DNA from: Bacteroidia bacterium
Lineage (GTDB): Bacteria > Bacteroidota > Bacteroidia > Chitinophagales > Saprospiraceae
Assembly (NCBI GenBank): GCA_018680005.1
Contig: JAHHJQ010000378.1
Location: 63-64,062 of the forward strand
Direction: 5' to 3'
Length of the DNA: 64,000 nucleotides
Below, in pieces: positions 50,941 to 60,789 of the stretch; the first letter of the stretch is position 1; each line of letters starts with the position of its first letter. Position numbers and translations under genes: made by a program. The notes beneath the pieces were generated by a model. That model was given only the letters and a program-made list of their open reading frames with translations, was not told where the DNA came from and did not search any database.

Positions 50941-52182
50941 TTAGAAATCATTGATGGATCTTCCTAGGAAGGTCATCACGCATCTAAATCCTGTGAATGA
51001 GTTGGTTGTATCCTGGTATTCGTAATTCCTTGAACCCGTTTGGATATAGTAAGATATGTCTTTCCAAGACCCTCCTCTGGTTACTTTACGTTTATAAGAA
51101 TCTGGGTCATTTTCGTCAGAATTGTACCTGATATCAGGGTTATTGTCATGCATATATGATTGTGCATTCTCTACAAAAGCGGAAGAAGTCCACTCGGAAA
51201 CATTGCCTGCCATATTATACAATCCATAGTCGTTAGGGAAGTAAGCACTTGCTTTTACAGTGTAGTATCCACCATCTTCTGGATAGTTCCCCCTGCCAGG
51301 CTTAAAGTTGGCAAGTAAACATCCCTTGGCGTTTCTAGTATAGTATCCACCCCATGGATACATTGATAATTCTTTCTTTCCTCTTGCCGCAAATTCCCAT
51401 TCATATTCGGTTGGCAGTCTGTAGTCTTCGGTCTGCAGATCATCCTTTCCGGTTTTCCATTGATTCCAGAAAGAAGTCCTCCAATTACAAAATGCCTTTG
51501 CCATTTGCCAATTCACTCCTACAACCGGATAGTCATCATATGCAGGGTGCCAGAAATAATTTCTGGTCATTGGTTCATTGTATGAATAGGCAAAATCTCT
51601 TATCCATACCAGAGTATCTGGGAAAATGGCTGTCTCGTCTTCTTCGATTACATCTCGTCGATTCTCGGCAAAACGCTCTCCTGTTTTTTGCCAATTGATC
51701 CATTCATATTTATAAATCAATTGTCTAACATCAATTTCCTTGCGACCGGCTAATCTTTCATCGCCCTGGTAATAGAGGTCTTCAAGAATCTCATCCTCCC
51801 AATCAATATCCAATTCCCAGTCGATTTGAGTATTGCCGTAGTCATCTTCAATAATGTTGTCCAGATACGTGTGTGCCAGGGAGTCTCGAACCCATTCAAC
51901 AAATTGCCGATATTCATTATTGGTGATTTCGGTTTCATCCATGTAGAATCCAACAATAGAAATAGTTTTGGGTCGCTGTATATATGAACTGGAAATATCC
52001 TGATCACTTTGACCTACCGTCAACGAACCTGATCCTACATACACCATTCCATATGGATTAATGCCTTTCCAGCCTGGTCTGTCCAAAACACCAATGAGTT
52101 GGCCACTTTCTTTGGATCCACCTCCACATGAAACAAGGAAAACAACAAGAACCAATAAGATCGATTTACAGAATTTTTTCAT
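50941..52182 (-). CDS. gldK: Gliding motility/T9SS lipoprotein GldK
   Basis: Lipobox VSC; FGE-sulfatase fold motifs ETEITN-x-EY, YPVVGV, RLPTE-x-EWE, NMAGNVSEW, RGGSW; upstream of gldLMN. Confidence 0.93.
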   Translation of the reverse strand: MKKFCKSILLVLVVFLVSCGGGSKESGQLIGVLDRPGWKGINPYGMVYVGSGSLTVGQSDQDISSSYIQRPKTISIVGFYMDETEITNNEYRQFVEWVRDSLAHTYLDNIIEDDYGNTQIDWELDIDWEDEILEDLYYQGDERLAGRKEIDVRQLIYKYEWINWQKTGERFAENRRDVIEEDETAIFPDTLVWIRDFAYSYNEPMTRNYFWHPAYDDYPVVGVNWQMAKAFCNWRTSFWNQWKTGKDDLQTEDYRLPTEYEWEFAARGKKELSMYPWGGYYTRNAKGCLLANFKPGRGNYPEDGGYYTVKASAYFPNDYGLYNMAGNVSEWTSSAFVENAQSYMHDNNPDIRYNSDENDPDSYKRKVTRGGSWKDISYYIQTGSRNYEYQDTTNSFTGFRCVMTFLGRSINDF

Positions 52183-52268
52183 GTTTTATTCCAACTTTTC
52201 CGCACTTGAGATTTATGTCTTAAAAAGAAATGCGTTTTATTAACGCCACCCTGCTTTCTCAAAGTATG

Positions 52269-52276
52269 CAAAAGTA
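52269..52276 (-). promoter_or_regulatory. -7 element TACTTTTG upstream of gldK
   Basis: TAnnTTTG match 86 bp upstream of the gldK start. Confidence 0.55.
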
Positions 52277-52329
52277 TATTTTTTGTTTGTTCAAATAGCT
52301 TTAACGTTTTCACAATTTACCTTCGTAAT

Positions 52330-53319
52330 CTATAGGTTTCTTGGATTGTAGATTATACCGGGTAACCTCCCTTTTCCTAGTCTTGTGTCTATGCTATACT
52401 TGATCACGAATTCGTGTGATCCACTTGAAATGGTATCTAGTGCAGACAGTGTATAATCGTACGCATATAGCATCGTCATACCATTTTTCAATTCTACACC
52501 AATTGTTGCAATGAATGCATCAAGTGAGTTCCCGTCATAACCTCTAAGTCCACCTCCTAAGATAAGATTATCGTTATATCTTCCTATAAGGTGAAATTCA
52601 CTTTGAGTTTTGACAAAATCCGTTTTCAAATAAACATGGGGGATAATTGTAATACTTTGGAGAAAGTCCAAATTATATGCCAAAAACAAATTGACGCTGG
52701 ATTGTTCAGTAACTAATGAATTAAACCCGCTCTCAAAGTTTAGTTCACCTCCCAGAAGACCAAGATAAGATATACTTGCAGTCAACTTGTCATTCACAAA
52801 ATATGCTCCGATATCCCCTATATAAGTAGAACTTGAGACTTTACTCAAGGGCAAGTCAGCATCAGCATGATTAATGACTCCATTGATATACGTACCATCT
52901 GGGGTTCTAAGTTGCGCACCATCAATACTACTATTAATTAATCCTAGAGCTCCACCAATATTCAATTGCGAATATTCATTTATTTGAAAATGATAGGCGT
53001 AACCCAATTTTGCCATGGTCCAACGTTCAGCTCCAGAAGATTGATTCGAAATATTGATCCCAATACCACCCGCTAACATATCAAACGGAATATGAAGACT
53101 GATATTCTGAGCTGTTGGACTTTCAGCAACATTAGCCCACTGCTTGCGAAATACAGCTGAGATATCTAATTGATCTTCAATCCCTGCGATGGCTGGGTTG
53201 ATATTGTACTGATTGAAGAATGGGGCACTATATTGCAAATTATTCTGTCCAAAGCTTTCGACATAACTAAATGTTATAAGGAGTAAAAGAGAAATGAATT
53301 TCATAACCGTAGTTCCCAT
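52330..53319 (-). CDS. PorP/SprF family T9SS outer-membrane protein
   Basis: INPAIAG, RKQW, YAYH, YAYD, GSHEF motifs. Confidence 0.9.
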   Translation of the reverse strand: MGTTVMKFISLLLLITFSYVESFGQNNLQYSAPFFNQYNINPAIAGIEDQLDISAVFRKQWANVAESPTAQNISLHIPFDMLAGGIGINISNQSSGAERWTMAKLGYAYHFQINEYSQLNIGGALGLINSSIDGAQLRTPDGTYINGVINHADADLPLSKVSSSTYIGDIGAYFVNDKLTASISYLGLLGGELNFESGFNSLVTEQSSVNLFLAYNLDFLQSITIIPHVYLKTDFVKTQSEFHLIGRYNDNLILGGGLRGYDGNSLDAFIATIGVELKNGMTMLYAYDYTLSALDTISSGSHEFVIKYSIDTRLGKGRLPGIIYNPRNL

Positions 53320-53437
53320 ATACTGTCATCTGCAACTGTAAACGTTGAAATTAAGGTTTTGGGTAATATAAACCCGAATTTTATTATTTGCTATTACAGA
53401 AATAAGACAAATTCCTGTCTACATTATGGCCAGAAGA

Positions 53438-54217
53438 TCAATTTTCAAGGATCATTCCATCAAAGCCAAGATGTATATTCTCCGGACATCTGCGATCTAT
53501 TGATTGATGTAAGCCCATATGGTGAGATATATGGATCAGAAAAGTCCTTCTTGCACCTATTCGTTGAGCCACAGTGATTGACTGTTCAAAATTAAAATGA
53601 GAATGGTGCTTTTTGTGGTGCAAAGAATCTAGAATAAGAATGTCAAGATCTCTTAATTCGGCTATGCTCCTTTCCGGAATCCTATTCGTATCAGTAATAT
53701 AGGCATAGTTTCCAATTCTGAATCCAAGAACTTCTAGATCTCCATGCCAGACCAAAATCGGTAGAATTTGTATTCCTTGTATTGCAAGTGGTTTGTATGG
53801 GCTGATGGGAATAAGATCAATCTTCGGTGCGCCCGGGTATGGATTATCTTCGAAAACGTATGTGAAGCGAGACCTAATTTCTTCTAGATGTTGCTCTAGT
53901 CCATATAGTGGAATAGATCTTTTCATAGAAAAATTGAACGGCCGGACATCATCCAAACCAACGATATGATCATTGTGTGTGTGAGTAATCAGTATACCTT
54001 CTAATTCATTGATCCGAGCTCGAAGCATTTGCTGTCGAAAATCCGGACCACAGTCTATTGCAATATTATGACCATATGAATCCATGAAAACGGCAGCAGT
54101 TCGCAGCCTTTTATCTCTGTAATCTTTGGATTGGCAAACTTCACAATGACATCCTATTACTGGTATTCCTTGTGAGGTACCAGTTCCAAGCAACTGAAAT
54201 TTCAAGGACTTAGACAA
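53438..54217 (-). CDS. MBL-fold metallo-hydrolase (PhnP-like)
   Basis: LGTGTSQGIP, IDCGPDFRQQ, THTHNDH, YITD, HISH. Confidence 0.92.
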   Translation of the reverse strand: MSKSLKFQLLGTGTSQGIPVIGCHCEVCQSKDYRDKRLRTAAVFMDSYGHNIAIDCGPDFRQQMLRARINELEGILITHTHNDHIVGLDDVRPFNFSMKRSIPLYGLEQHLEEIRSRFTYVFEDNPYPGAPKIDLIPISPYKPLAIQGIQILPILVWHGDLEVLGFRIGNYAYITDTNRIPERSIAELRDLDILILDSLHHKKHHSHFNFEQSITVAQRIGARRTFLIHISHHMGLHQSIDRRCPENIHLGFDGMILEN

Positions 54218-54497
54218 CAGGTTCAGGGTTCTGAAGGAGATGTTTCATCGCTTGCCGATAAAAAGCTTTGTTCTTAACTCCAAACAAAGATTCATCAACA
54301 TCTACGGAAATTAATATATCAAGCAAACAATTGATACGTGCCTCAGTATCATAGAATTTGTTTAGCACAGCAACCTTACGATGCTCCAGTATGCAATAAC
54401 CTGAGGTAAATGTTCCTTTTTCATATCTGACGATATAACCCTGGTCTTCAAGAAGAGATTCGACTTTGCCCAAAGTATATTTTGTGAAGTTGATCAT
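54210..54497 (-). CDS. Conserved hypothetical protein (95 aa)
   Basis: GYIVRYEKG-x-F-x-SGYCIL...NKF; overlaps the MBL gene start by 8 bp. Confidence 0.75.
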   Translation of the reverse strand: MINFTKYTLGKVESLLEDQGYIVRYEKGTFTSGYCILEHRKVAVLNKFYDTEARINCLLDILISVDVDESLFGVKNKAFYRQAMKHLLQNPEPVV

Positions 54498-54564
54498 GTC
54501 AGTAATCCAAATAGCTATTCAAATATCGAAAAATATCTCCTAGACTTACTATTAGGAAGGATTA

Positions 54565-54572
54565 TATCTTTG
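54565..54572 (+). promoter_or_regulatory. -7 element TATCTTTG
   Basis: TAnnTTTG match 16 bp before the 54589 start. Confidence 0.5.
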
Positions 54573-54588
54573 CAAAGAAATCTTTACC

Positions 54589-55203
54589 ATGATTCGATTT
54601 CTTTTACTTGCAATTCTGTTTTTAACTATAAATCACATAAGTGCCCAAGGATTCAATGCTGGTATAACGCTGGGAATGAATGCTTCTCAAATCCACGGGG
54701 ATCTATTTTCTGGATACAATAAACCAGGAATACACGCAGGATTGTTAATCGAATATCCCATTCAAGACAAAACTTGGATAGGTGGAGAACTTATCTACTC
54801 AGAGCTTGGGAGCCAAAGAAAACTTCTCTTAGGATCATCTATTCCTGAAGAACAGAGCAAAATCCAACTAAATTATATTTCACTTCCAGTATATGTGCGG
54901 ATTCAACCCAATTCCCGATTATCCTGGTTGTCTGCAATAAATTTCATGCTTGGCATCGAAAATAGCTATCTGATCAACGCCAAAATTCAGGATCGAGATG
55001 ACGAAGAAATTATTGAATATTTTAATGATTGGAATGTTTCAGGGTTGGTGGGTATCCGCTATGCATTTAATGAAAAGATTGGTTTGGAATTTCGTATAAA
55101 TGAATCGATAAACCTGATTTTTAACAATAACAAAGTTGAACAAATCAATGCAAATTCCTTACGTAATCGTTCTGTTACCTTTATGATTAAATACTATTTA
55201 TGA
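54589..55203 (+). CDS. Outer-membrane beta-barrel (porin/PorT-like family)
   Basis: Signal peptide ISA|Q; G-x-NASQ, LNYISLP; aromatic terminal strand. Confidence 0.8.
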   Translation: MIRFLLLAILFLTINHISAQGFNAGITLGMNASQIHGDLFSGYNKPGIHAGLLIEYPIQDKTWIGGELIYSELGSQRKLLLGSSIPEEQSKIQLNYISLPVYVRIQPNSRLSWLSAINFMLGIENSYLINAKIQDRDDEEIIEYFNDWNVSGLVGIRYAFNEKIGLEFRINESINLIFNNNKVEQINANSLRNRSVTFMIKYYL

Positions 55204-55658
55204 CTAGATTATTAATGATCTTCACTTTTCTGACTCTAAGCGCACAGTGTAAATCCGACAAACCGCAAGAGACTACTAATACTGAGACATCGGTCGAAGA
55301 AACTGATTTGCCTTTACTTCCATCTGAAGATTTACAAAATCTTTATGCCAATGCAACTCATGTAGATTATACCTTCTACCATTATTCATTTAGCATGAGC
55401 TATGATAATCAAAAATCGATAAGATCAGTTCTTAATTTTGTTAATCAGAATTCATCTGTTCATGATGTTAATTGTGCTCCATTATGCCGAATGATATTTC
55501 TACAAAACGGTCAAATCATAATGGAGGCAGAATTATTTGTTTCAGAAAACTGCGCACACTATGTTTGGTATTTAGAAAATCAAAAGAAATACGCAAATGT
55601 AATGTCGCCACAAGGCAAACAGCACTACCTTCAAATTATTAACCAGTTCACTAAATAA
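55200..55658 (+). CDS. Hypothetical lipoprotein
   Basis: Lipobox SAQC followed by a polar tether; ATGA overlap with the upstream gene. Confidence 0.7.
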   Translation: MTRLLMIFTFLTLSAQCKSDKPQETTNTETSVEETDLPLLPSEDLQNLYANATHVDYTFYHYSFSMSYDNQKSIRSVLNFVNQNSSVHDVNCAPLCRMIFLQNGQIIMEAELFVSENCAHYVWYLENQKKYANVMSPQGKQHYLQIINQFTK

Positions 55659-55667
55659 CTGGTTAAT

Positions 55668-56567
55668 ATGAAACTAGCCGTAATCGATCTAGGCACCAAT
55701 ACTTTTCATATACTAATTGTGGAGATTACCGATAAGCGTGAATACAAAATCTTATTCAAAGAAAGGTTATTCACAAAATTAGGTGAACAAGGAATTCACA
55801 AAATAGGGAAGGAATCGTACCAAAGAAGTCTTAAGGCCATTGCGCATTTCAAAGCTATTATGGATGATCTGGGAGTACAAAAAACAAGGGTTCTTGGTAC
55901 TTCAGCTCTCCGTGAAGCCTTCAATGGCCAACAATTCATTGACGAAGCAAAGACGAAATTCGGGATAGATATTGAAGTCATAGATGGATTGACAGAAGGA
56001 CAACTAATTCAAAAAGGAGTTTTTCTGGCAATTGGCCCACAAGAATATCCGCATATCATAATGGATATTGGCGGAGGTAGCGTAGAATTCATTTTTGTAA
56101 TAAATAATGAAATCAAATTCATCAAAAGCCTAAATATCGGATTAGCAGTATTACACAAAATTGCAGATATTTCCGATGGAGCCAATGACGTTTTACTAGA
56201 GAGAATCGATGAATTTTTAGAAATTCATCTTAAAGATCTTTTACAAACAATCGGAAATACAGATCATCTTCGACTGATTGGTTCCGCAGGGGCATTTGAA
56301 GTCATTGTTTCGATGTTAGGCAAGAATTTGTATGCTCATTCTTCGATAGAAATCCCACTGCATAGTTTTCAGAAACTCTATAATCGCATTATTTGGACAT
56401 CAGTTGCTGACAAGCTTCATATGAAAGGTATACCTCCCGAAAGAATTGACTACATCGGTGTAGCCTTCCATTTGATAAAAAAAGTAATAGAAAAGATTGA
56501 GCCTGCAGAATTATTTGTCAGCAAGTTTGCACTCAAGGAAGGTGTTATTGCAGAATCTTTAGACTAA
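55668..56567 (+). CDS. ppx: Ppx/GppA family phosphatase (short form)
   Basis: IDLGTNTF, TSALREA, DIGGGSVE, ALKEG. Confidence 0.9.
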   Translation: MKLAVIDLGTNTFHILIVEITDKREYKILFKERLFTKLGEQGIHKIGKESYQRSLKAIAHFKAIMDDLGVQKTRVLGTSALREAFNGQQFIDEAKTKFGIDIEVIDGLTEGQLIQKGVFLAIGPQEYPHIIMDIGGGSVEFIFVINNEIKFIKSLNIGLAVLHKIADISDGANDVLLERIDEFLEIHLKDLLQTIGNTDHLRLIGSAGAFEVIVSMLGKNLYAHSSIEIPLHSFQKLYNRIIWTSVADKLHMKGIPPERIDYIGVAFHLIKKVIEKIEPAELFVSKFALKEGVIAESLD

Positions 56568-56573
56568 TCTAAA
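56558..56573. promoter_or_regulatory. Palindrome TTTAGA-CTAA-TCTAAA, candidate DtxR/MntR-family operator
   Basis: 6-bp perfect arms overlapping the ppx stop, 43 bp upstream of the permease-DtxR fusion. Confidence 0.5.
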
Positions 56574-56616
56574 TTTATTTTTTGCTTCGCTTAAATTAAT
56601 AAAGTATTTTTAACGA

Positions 56617-58110
56617 ATGGAGCAAATCCTTGAAATTCTTTTCACCGAAACTTGGGCAATTAGGGCATTGATAGCATCTATGATCGTGGGATTAACCTGT
56701 GGTGTTTTAGGCTGTTTTGTTGTGCTCAGAAACATGTCGCTAGTCGGAGATGCTCTTGCGCATTCCATCTTACCTGGGGTAGTTTTTGCCTTTATACTTG
56801 TAGGATACAGTGCATTGGGATTTTTTGCTGGAGCAGTCATCGCAAGTTTTTTGACTGCTATTGGGATAACATGGATCCAGCATAATATCAAGACAAAGAA
56901 CGATGCTGCCATTGGAATTGTATTCACTGCAATGTTTTCAATTGGTGTAATGGGTATTTCTTTTGTTAGCAAATCGGGGGGGGTCCATCTTGATTTAAAA
57001 GATTTTCTCTTTGGAAATGTACTTGGTGTCTCTAATCAAGATTTATATCTCACAGCATTTATAGCAGTATATGTCTTCTTGAGCATTATTATTTTTTACC
57101 GATATCTATTTGCTACAACATTTCAACCTGTGATCGCCGAAACAATGGGTATATCTGTAAGAATGGTGCACTATTTTGTGATGCTGTTATTGTCCTTTAC
57201 TGTTGTAGCTTCACTTCAGACTGTTGGTGTAATTCTGGTGGTAGCCATGCTGATTACACCAGCTTCTACTGCACTTCTGCTATCAGATAGACTAAAATAT
57301 GTACTCCTAATATCTGCGTTTCTTGGACTAATTTCCGCCGTGATCGGATTGATTGTTTCAATCGCTTTGCAGACCACCCCGGGTCCAGCAATGGCAGTTA
57401 CTGCTACAGTAATATATTTGCTAGTTGCCATGTTTGCTCCGAGAAAAGGATTAATTTCTAGAAGCATTCGAAAATCAAGACAAAACCGAAAAATCAATCT
57501 TGAAGATATCTTGAAGCAATCCTTAAAGTTGAATGAAAAAGGCAAATTAAATGTATTGAATTTAACAGAAAGAATAACTTTTGGCCATTCCAAGCTTCAT
57601 AGATATCTAAAATACCTAAATGCAAATAAGCTCATAAAGATGGAGGAAAATGGAGCTCTTTCGATGACTCCTGCCGGAATTGAAGAAGCCAATCAACTAG
57701 TCAGAGCACACCGTCTTTGGGAAACCTATCTCGTTGCTCGTATTGGCCTGACTGAAGAACAAATACATGAAGATGCTGAGAAATATGAACATCTTTTAAC
57801 TGAAGAAATTTTGGACGAAGTGGATGCATCATTAGGATATCCTCGTACTGATCCACATGGATCTCCTATTCCTTATAAGAAAGGTTGGCATAAGATAAAT
57901 CCATTATCCAATACCAAAATCGGTCAGACGGCTGTCATAGCTAATGATCAACCTCAACAGATTATTTCGAGACTATGGGAAATGAGATTGTCCCCTGCAG
58001 ATAAACTTGAAGTTACAGCACGAAATGAAGAAGCTATAACAATACAATGGAAAGAGATAAAGCTAAAAATTCCAAATTCTTTGGCTGAGAAAATTAATAT
58101 AGAAAACTAG
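56617..58110 (+). CDS. Mn/Zn/Fe ABC permease fused to DtxR-like wHTH/dimerisation and FeoA-like domains
   Basis: GDALAHSILPG, DAAIG, LFGNVL, VGVILVVAMLITPA; then RAHRLWETYL...IHEDAEKYEH...DPHGSPIP. Confidence 0.9.
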   Translation: MEQILEILFTETWAIRALIASMIVGLTCGVLGCFVVLRNMSLVGDALAHSILPGVVFAFILVGYSALGFFAGAVIASFLTAIGITWIQHNIKTKNDAAIGIVFTAMFSIGVMGISFVSKSGGVHLDLKDFLFGNVLGVSNQDLYLTAFIAVYVFLSIIIFYRYLFATTFQPVIAETMGISVRMVHYFVMLLLSFTVVASLQTVGVILVVAMLITPASTALLLSDRLKYVLLISAFLGLISAVIGLIVSIALQTTPGPAMAVTATVIYLLVAMFAPRKGLISRSIRKSRQNRKINLEDILKQSLKLNEKGKLNVLNLTERITFGHSKLHRYLKYLNANKLIKMEENGALSMTPAGIEEANQLVRAHRLWETYLVARIGLTEEQIHEDAEKYEHLLTEEILDEVDASLGYPRTDPHGSPIPYKKGWHKINPLSNTKIGQTAVIANDQPQQIISRLWEMRLSPADKLEVTARNEEAITIQWKEIKLKIPNSLAEKINIEN

Positions 58111-58112
58111 GA

Positions 58113-58487
58113 TTAACCTAATTGATTATCGTCTTCCAATTTATCGAAGATATCATTCAATCTATACATCTCGTCCAACATATCATCAAGATAAATTTGA
58201 ATTTGAGGAATACGTCTAACATGCTTTTTTATTCTATTGGCAAGGGATTGTCTTAATCTTACCAAATGTTCATTCAATTCAATAACTGCTTCTTGTTTGT
58301 TCAAGGAATTATAAACGCTAACATAAATTTTAGCAATTCCTAAATCTGGAGACATCTTAACGGATGTCACTGTGACCAATGCCTGAGTACCATATATATA
58401 GGATCCCTCCTGTTGCAGTATGATGCCAAAATTTCTTTTGATCAATTCTCCTACTTGTTTCTGCTTCTTTGACTCCATATCAACCAA
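58113..58487 (-). CDS. rbfA: Ribosome-binding factor A
   Basis: VTVTSVKMSPDL-x-x-AKIYVS, RRIP...D; start may be 58478. Confidence 0.93.
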   Translation of the reverse strand: MVDMESKKQKQVGELIKRNFGIILQQEGSYIYGTQALVTVTSVKMSPDLGIAKIYVSVYNSLNKQEAVIELNEHLVRLRQSLANRIKKHVRRIPQIQIYLDDMLDEMYRLNDIFDKLEDDNQLG

Positions 58488-58589
58488 TTGTAAATCCTAA
58501 TTATGAATTCCGATGCTGTAAATTAGGAAAATTCTATACTTTTAGACGATCCTGTTGATATAACGCTTGATCAACCCTTCGGTTGCTAA

Positions 58590-60698
58590 ATGTCAATGCA
58601 AAAAACTCTCGAAACCTCTATAGAATTTCTCAAAGGAGTAGGACCTGCTCGCGCCGAGCTATTAAGGAAGGAGTTGGACGTAAAGACATTTAATGATCTT
58701 CTATGGAAGTTGCCGTTTCGATATATCAATAAAGGAGAAATTTCTCTAATTAAGGACATTAGATCATTTGATGATTATGTTCAGATCAAAGGGATTCTCG
58801 AGCGAATATACACACAAGGAGAAGGCAGAAGAATTCGTTTACATGCCATTCTTAGAGACGGTTCAGGGTTCATAGAGTTGGTTTGGTTTCAAGGAGTCAA
58901 ATGGATTAAGAATTCACTTCTAAAGGGAAAGGAATATATCGTCTATGGCAAGATCAATAATTTCAAAGGTCAGATTAGTATCCCGCATCCTGAACTCGAG
59001 CTTTCATCCAATGCATCGATCACACCAACACTAGAACCCGTTTATCACGGAACGGAAACTTTGACAAAAAAAGGGTTGGATAATCGTTCAAGGCGTATTC
59101 TAATGCGCAATCTTCTTGAAAAGGTCATTTCTTCTGATATACCTGAAATCATTCCAACTAATATTTTGAAGCAACTTCGGCTTATGCCCCGATATGATGC
59201 TATCAAAGCAATTCATTTCCCGAAAGATTCGAATGAATTGAAAATTGCTGCTTTTCGAATAAAATTTGAAGAATTCTATTTGATGCAACTCAGGCTGCTA
59301 AGAATGAAGGTTAAAAGAACAGAACAATTTGGAGGATTTGTATTTCCCAAGGTTGGGCATCTGTTCAATACTTTCTATAAGACGTACTTACCATTCGAGT
59401 TGACGAAAGCACAAAAAAAGGTCATTAAAGAAATTCGCAAAAATTTGGGTTCGGGGGTTCAGATGAATCGATTATTACAAGGAGATGTGGGAAGCGGAAA
59501 AACTATAGTTAGCTTGCTTACCATGATACTGGCAATTGACAATGATTTCCAGGCAGTAATGATGGCACCAACACAGGTATTAGCACAACAACACTTCCGC
59601 AGTCTATCCACATATTTGCAAGACATGGATATTCAAATTGCTTTTCTAACTGGCAATGTCAAAGGAAAGCAACGGAAACAGGTCCTTGAGGGTATTGGCT
59701 CAGGAGCGATTAATATCCTAGTTGGAACACATGCTATTTTGGAAGATCCGGTCCAATTCAAAAATCTTGGAATTGCCATAACAGACGAACAGCACAGATT
59801 TGGGGTAAAGCAACGTGCGAAACTTTGGTCTAAGTCGACACCTAACCCACCACATATTCTGGTTATGACAGCAACACCAATTCCCAGAACCTTAGCAATG
59901 ACTTTGTATGGTGATCTGGATATCAGTGTAATCGATGAACTTCCTCCGGGTCGTAAAGAAATTATAACCATGCATAAGTCTGAAAGTAGTCGATTATGGG
60001 TTATCGGGTTAATGAAAAAAGAAATTGCAAAAGGGCGTCAAGTATATATCGTTTATCCACTCATTCAGGAATCCGAGAAAATGGATTTGTTGAATCTTCA
60101 ACAAGGTTATGATACTTTGAGGAGAGATTTTCCTATTTCTCAATATCAAATAAGTGTTGTTCATGGTCAAATGAAAGCAGAACAAAAAGATTTTGAAATG
60201 TCTCGGTTCATCAAGAATGAAACTCAGATAATGATAGCTACTACAGTGATTGAAGTTGGTGTAGATATTCCGAATGCCAGTTTGATGGTTATAGAAAACG
60301 CGGAACGCTTTGGTCTTTCCCAATTACATCAATTACGAGGGAGGGTTGGAAGAAGTGGTCAACAATCCTATTGTATTCTATTGACTTCGTACCGATTATC
60401 AAAAGAATCAAAGTTTCGCCTCAAGACTATGGTAGAAACAAACGACGGTTTCAAAATTGCTGAGGCAGATTTAAAACTAAGAGGCCCGGGAAACATTGAA
60501 GGACTTCAACAAAGTGGGATAGTAGACTTTCAGCTGGCTGATATAGCAAAAGACAACAAAATACTGTTGGAAGCACGTCACCAGGCAATGCAAACACTGG
60601 AATTAGATCCACATCTTAACATGCCACAGCACCATCATCTTGCAGTATTAATGAAAAAAATGGATCAAAAATTCAAGTTGTGGTCGAAAGTAAGCTAA
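58590..60698 (+). CDS. recG: ATP-dependent DNA helicase RecG
   Basis: LKGVGP, RLLQGDVGSGKT, DEQHRFGV, MTATPIPRTL, QLHQLRGRVGR, DLKLRGPG. Confidence 0.98.
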   Translation: MSMQKTLETSIEFLKGVGPARAELLRKELDVKTFNDLLWKLPFRYINKGEISLIKDIRSFDDYVQIKGILERIYTQGEGRRIRLHAILRDGSGFIELVWFQGVKWIKNSLLKGKEYIVYGKINNFKGQISIPHPELELSSNASITPTLEPVYHGTETLTKKGLDNRSRRILMRNLLEKVISSDIPEIIPTNILKQLRLMPRYDAIKAIHFPKDSNELKIAAFRIKFEEFYLMQLRLLRMKVKRTEQFGGFVFPKVGHLFNTFYKTYLPFELTKAQKKVIKEIRKNLGSGVQMNRLLQGDVGSGKTIVSLLTMILAIDNDFQAVMMAPTQVLAQQHFRSLSTYLQDMDIQIAFLTGNVKGKQRKQVLEGIGSGAINILVGTHAILEDPVQFKNLGIAITDEQHRFGVKQRAKLWSKSTPNPPHILVMTATPIPRTLAMTLYGDLDISVIDELPPGRKEIITMHKSESSRLWVIGLMKKEIAKGRQVYIVYPLIQESEKMDLLNLQQGYDTLRRDFPISQYQISVVHGQMKAEQKDFEMSRFIKNETQIMIATTVIEVGVDIPNASLMVIENAERFGLSQLHQLRGRVGRSGQQSYCILLTSYRLSKESKFRLKTMVETNDGFKIAEADLKLRGPGNIEGLQQSGIVDFQLADIAKDNKILLEARHQAMQTLELDPHLNMPQHHHLAVLMKKMDQKFKLWSKVS

Positions 60699-60789
60699 AT
60701 GTGAATTCATCCATCAAAAGCTAGTTTTAGTAGAACTGAGTTGATTAAGACCCAATTCGTGTAGTAATTTCTCCGTTAAATTGCAACCT

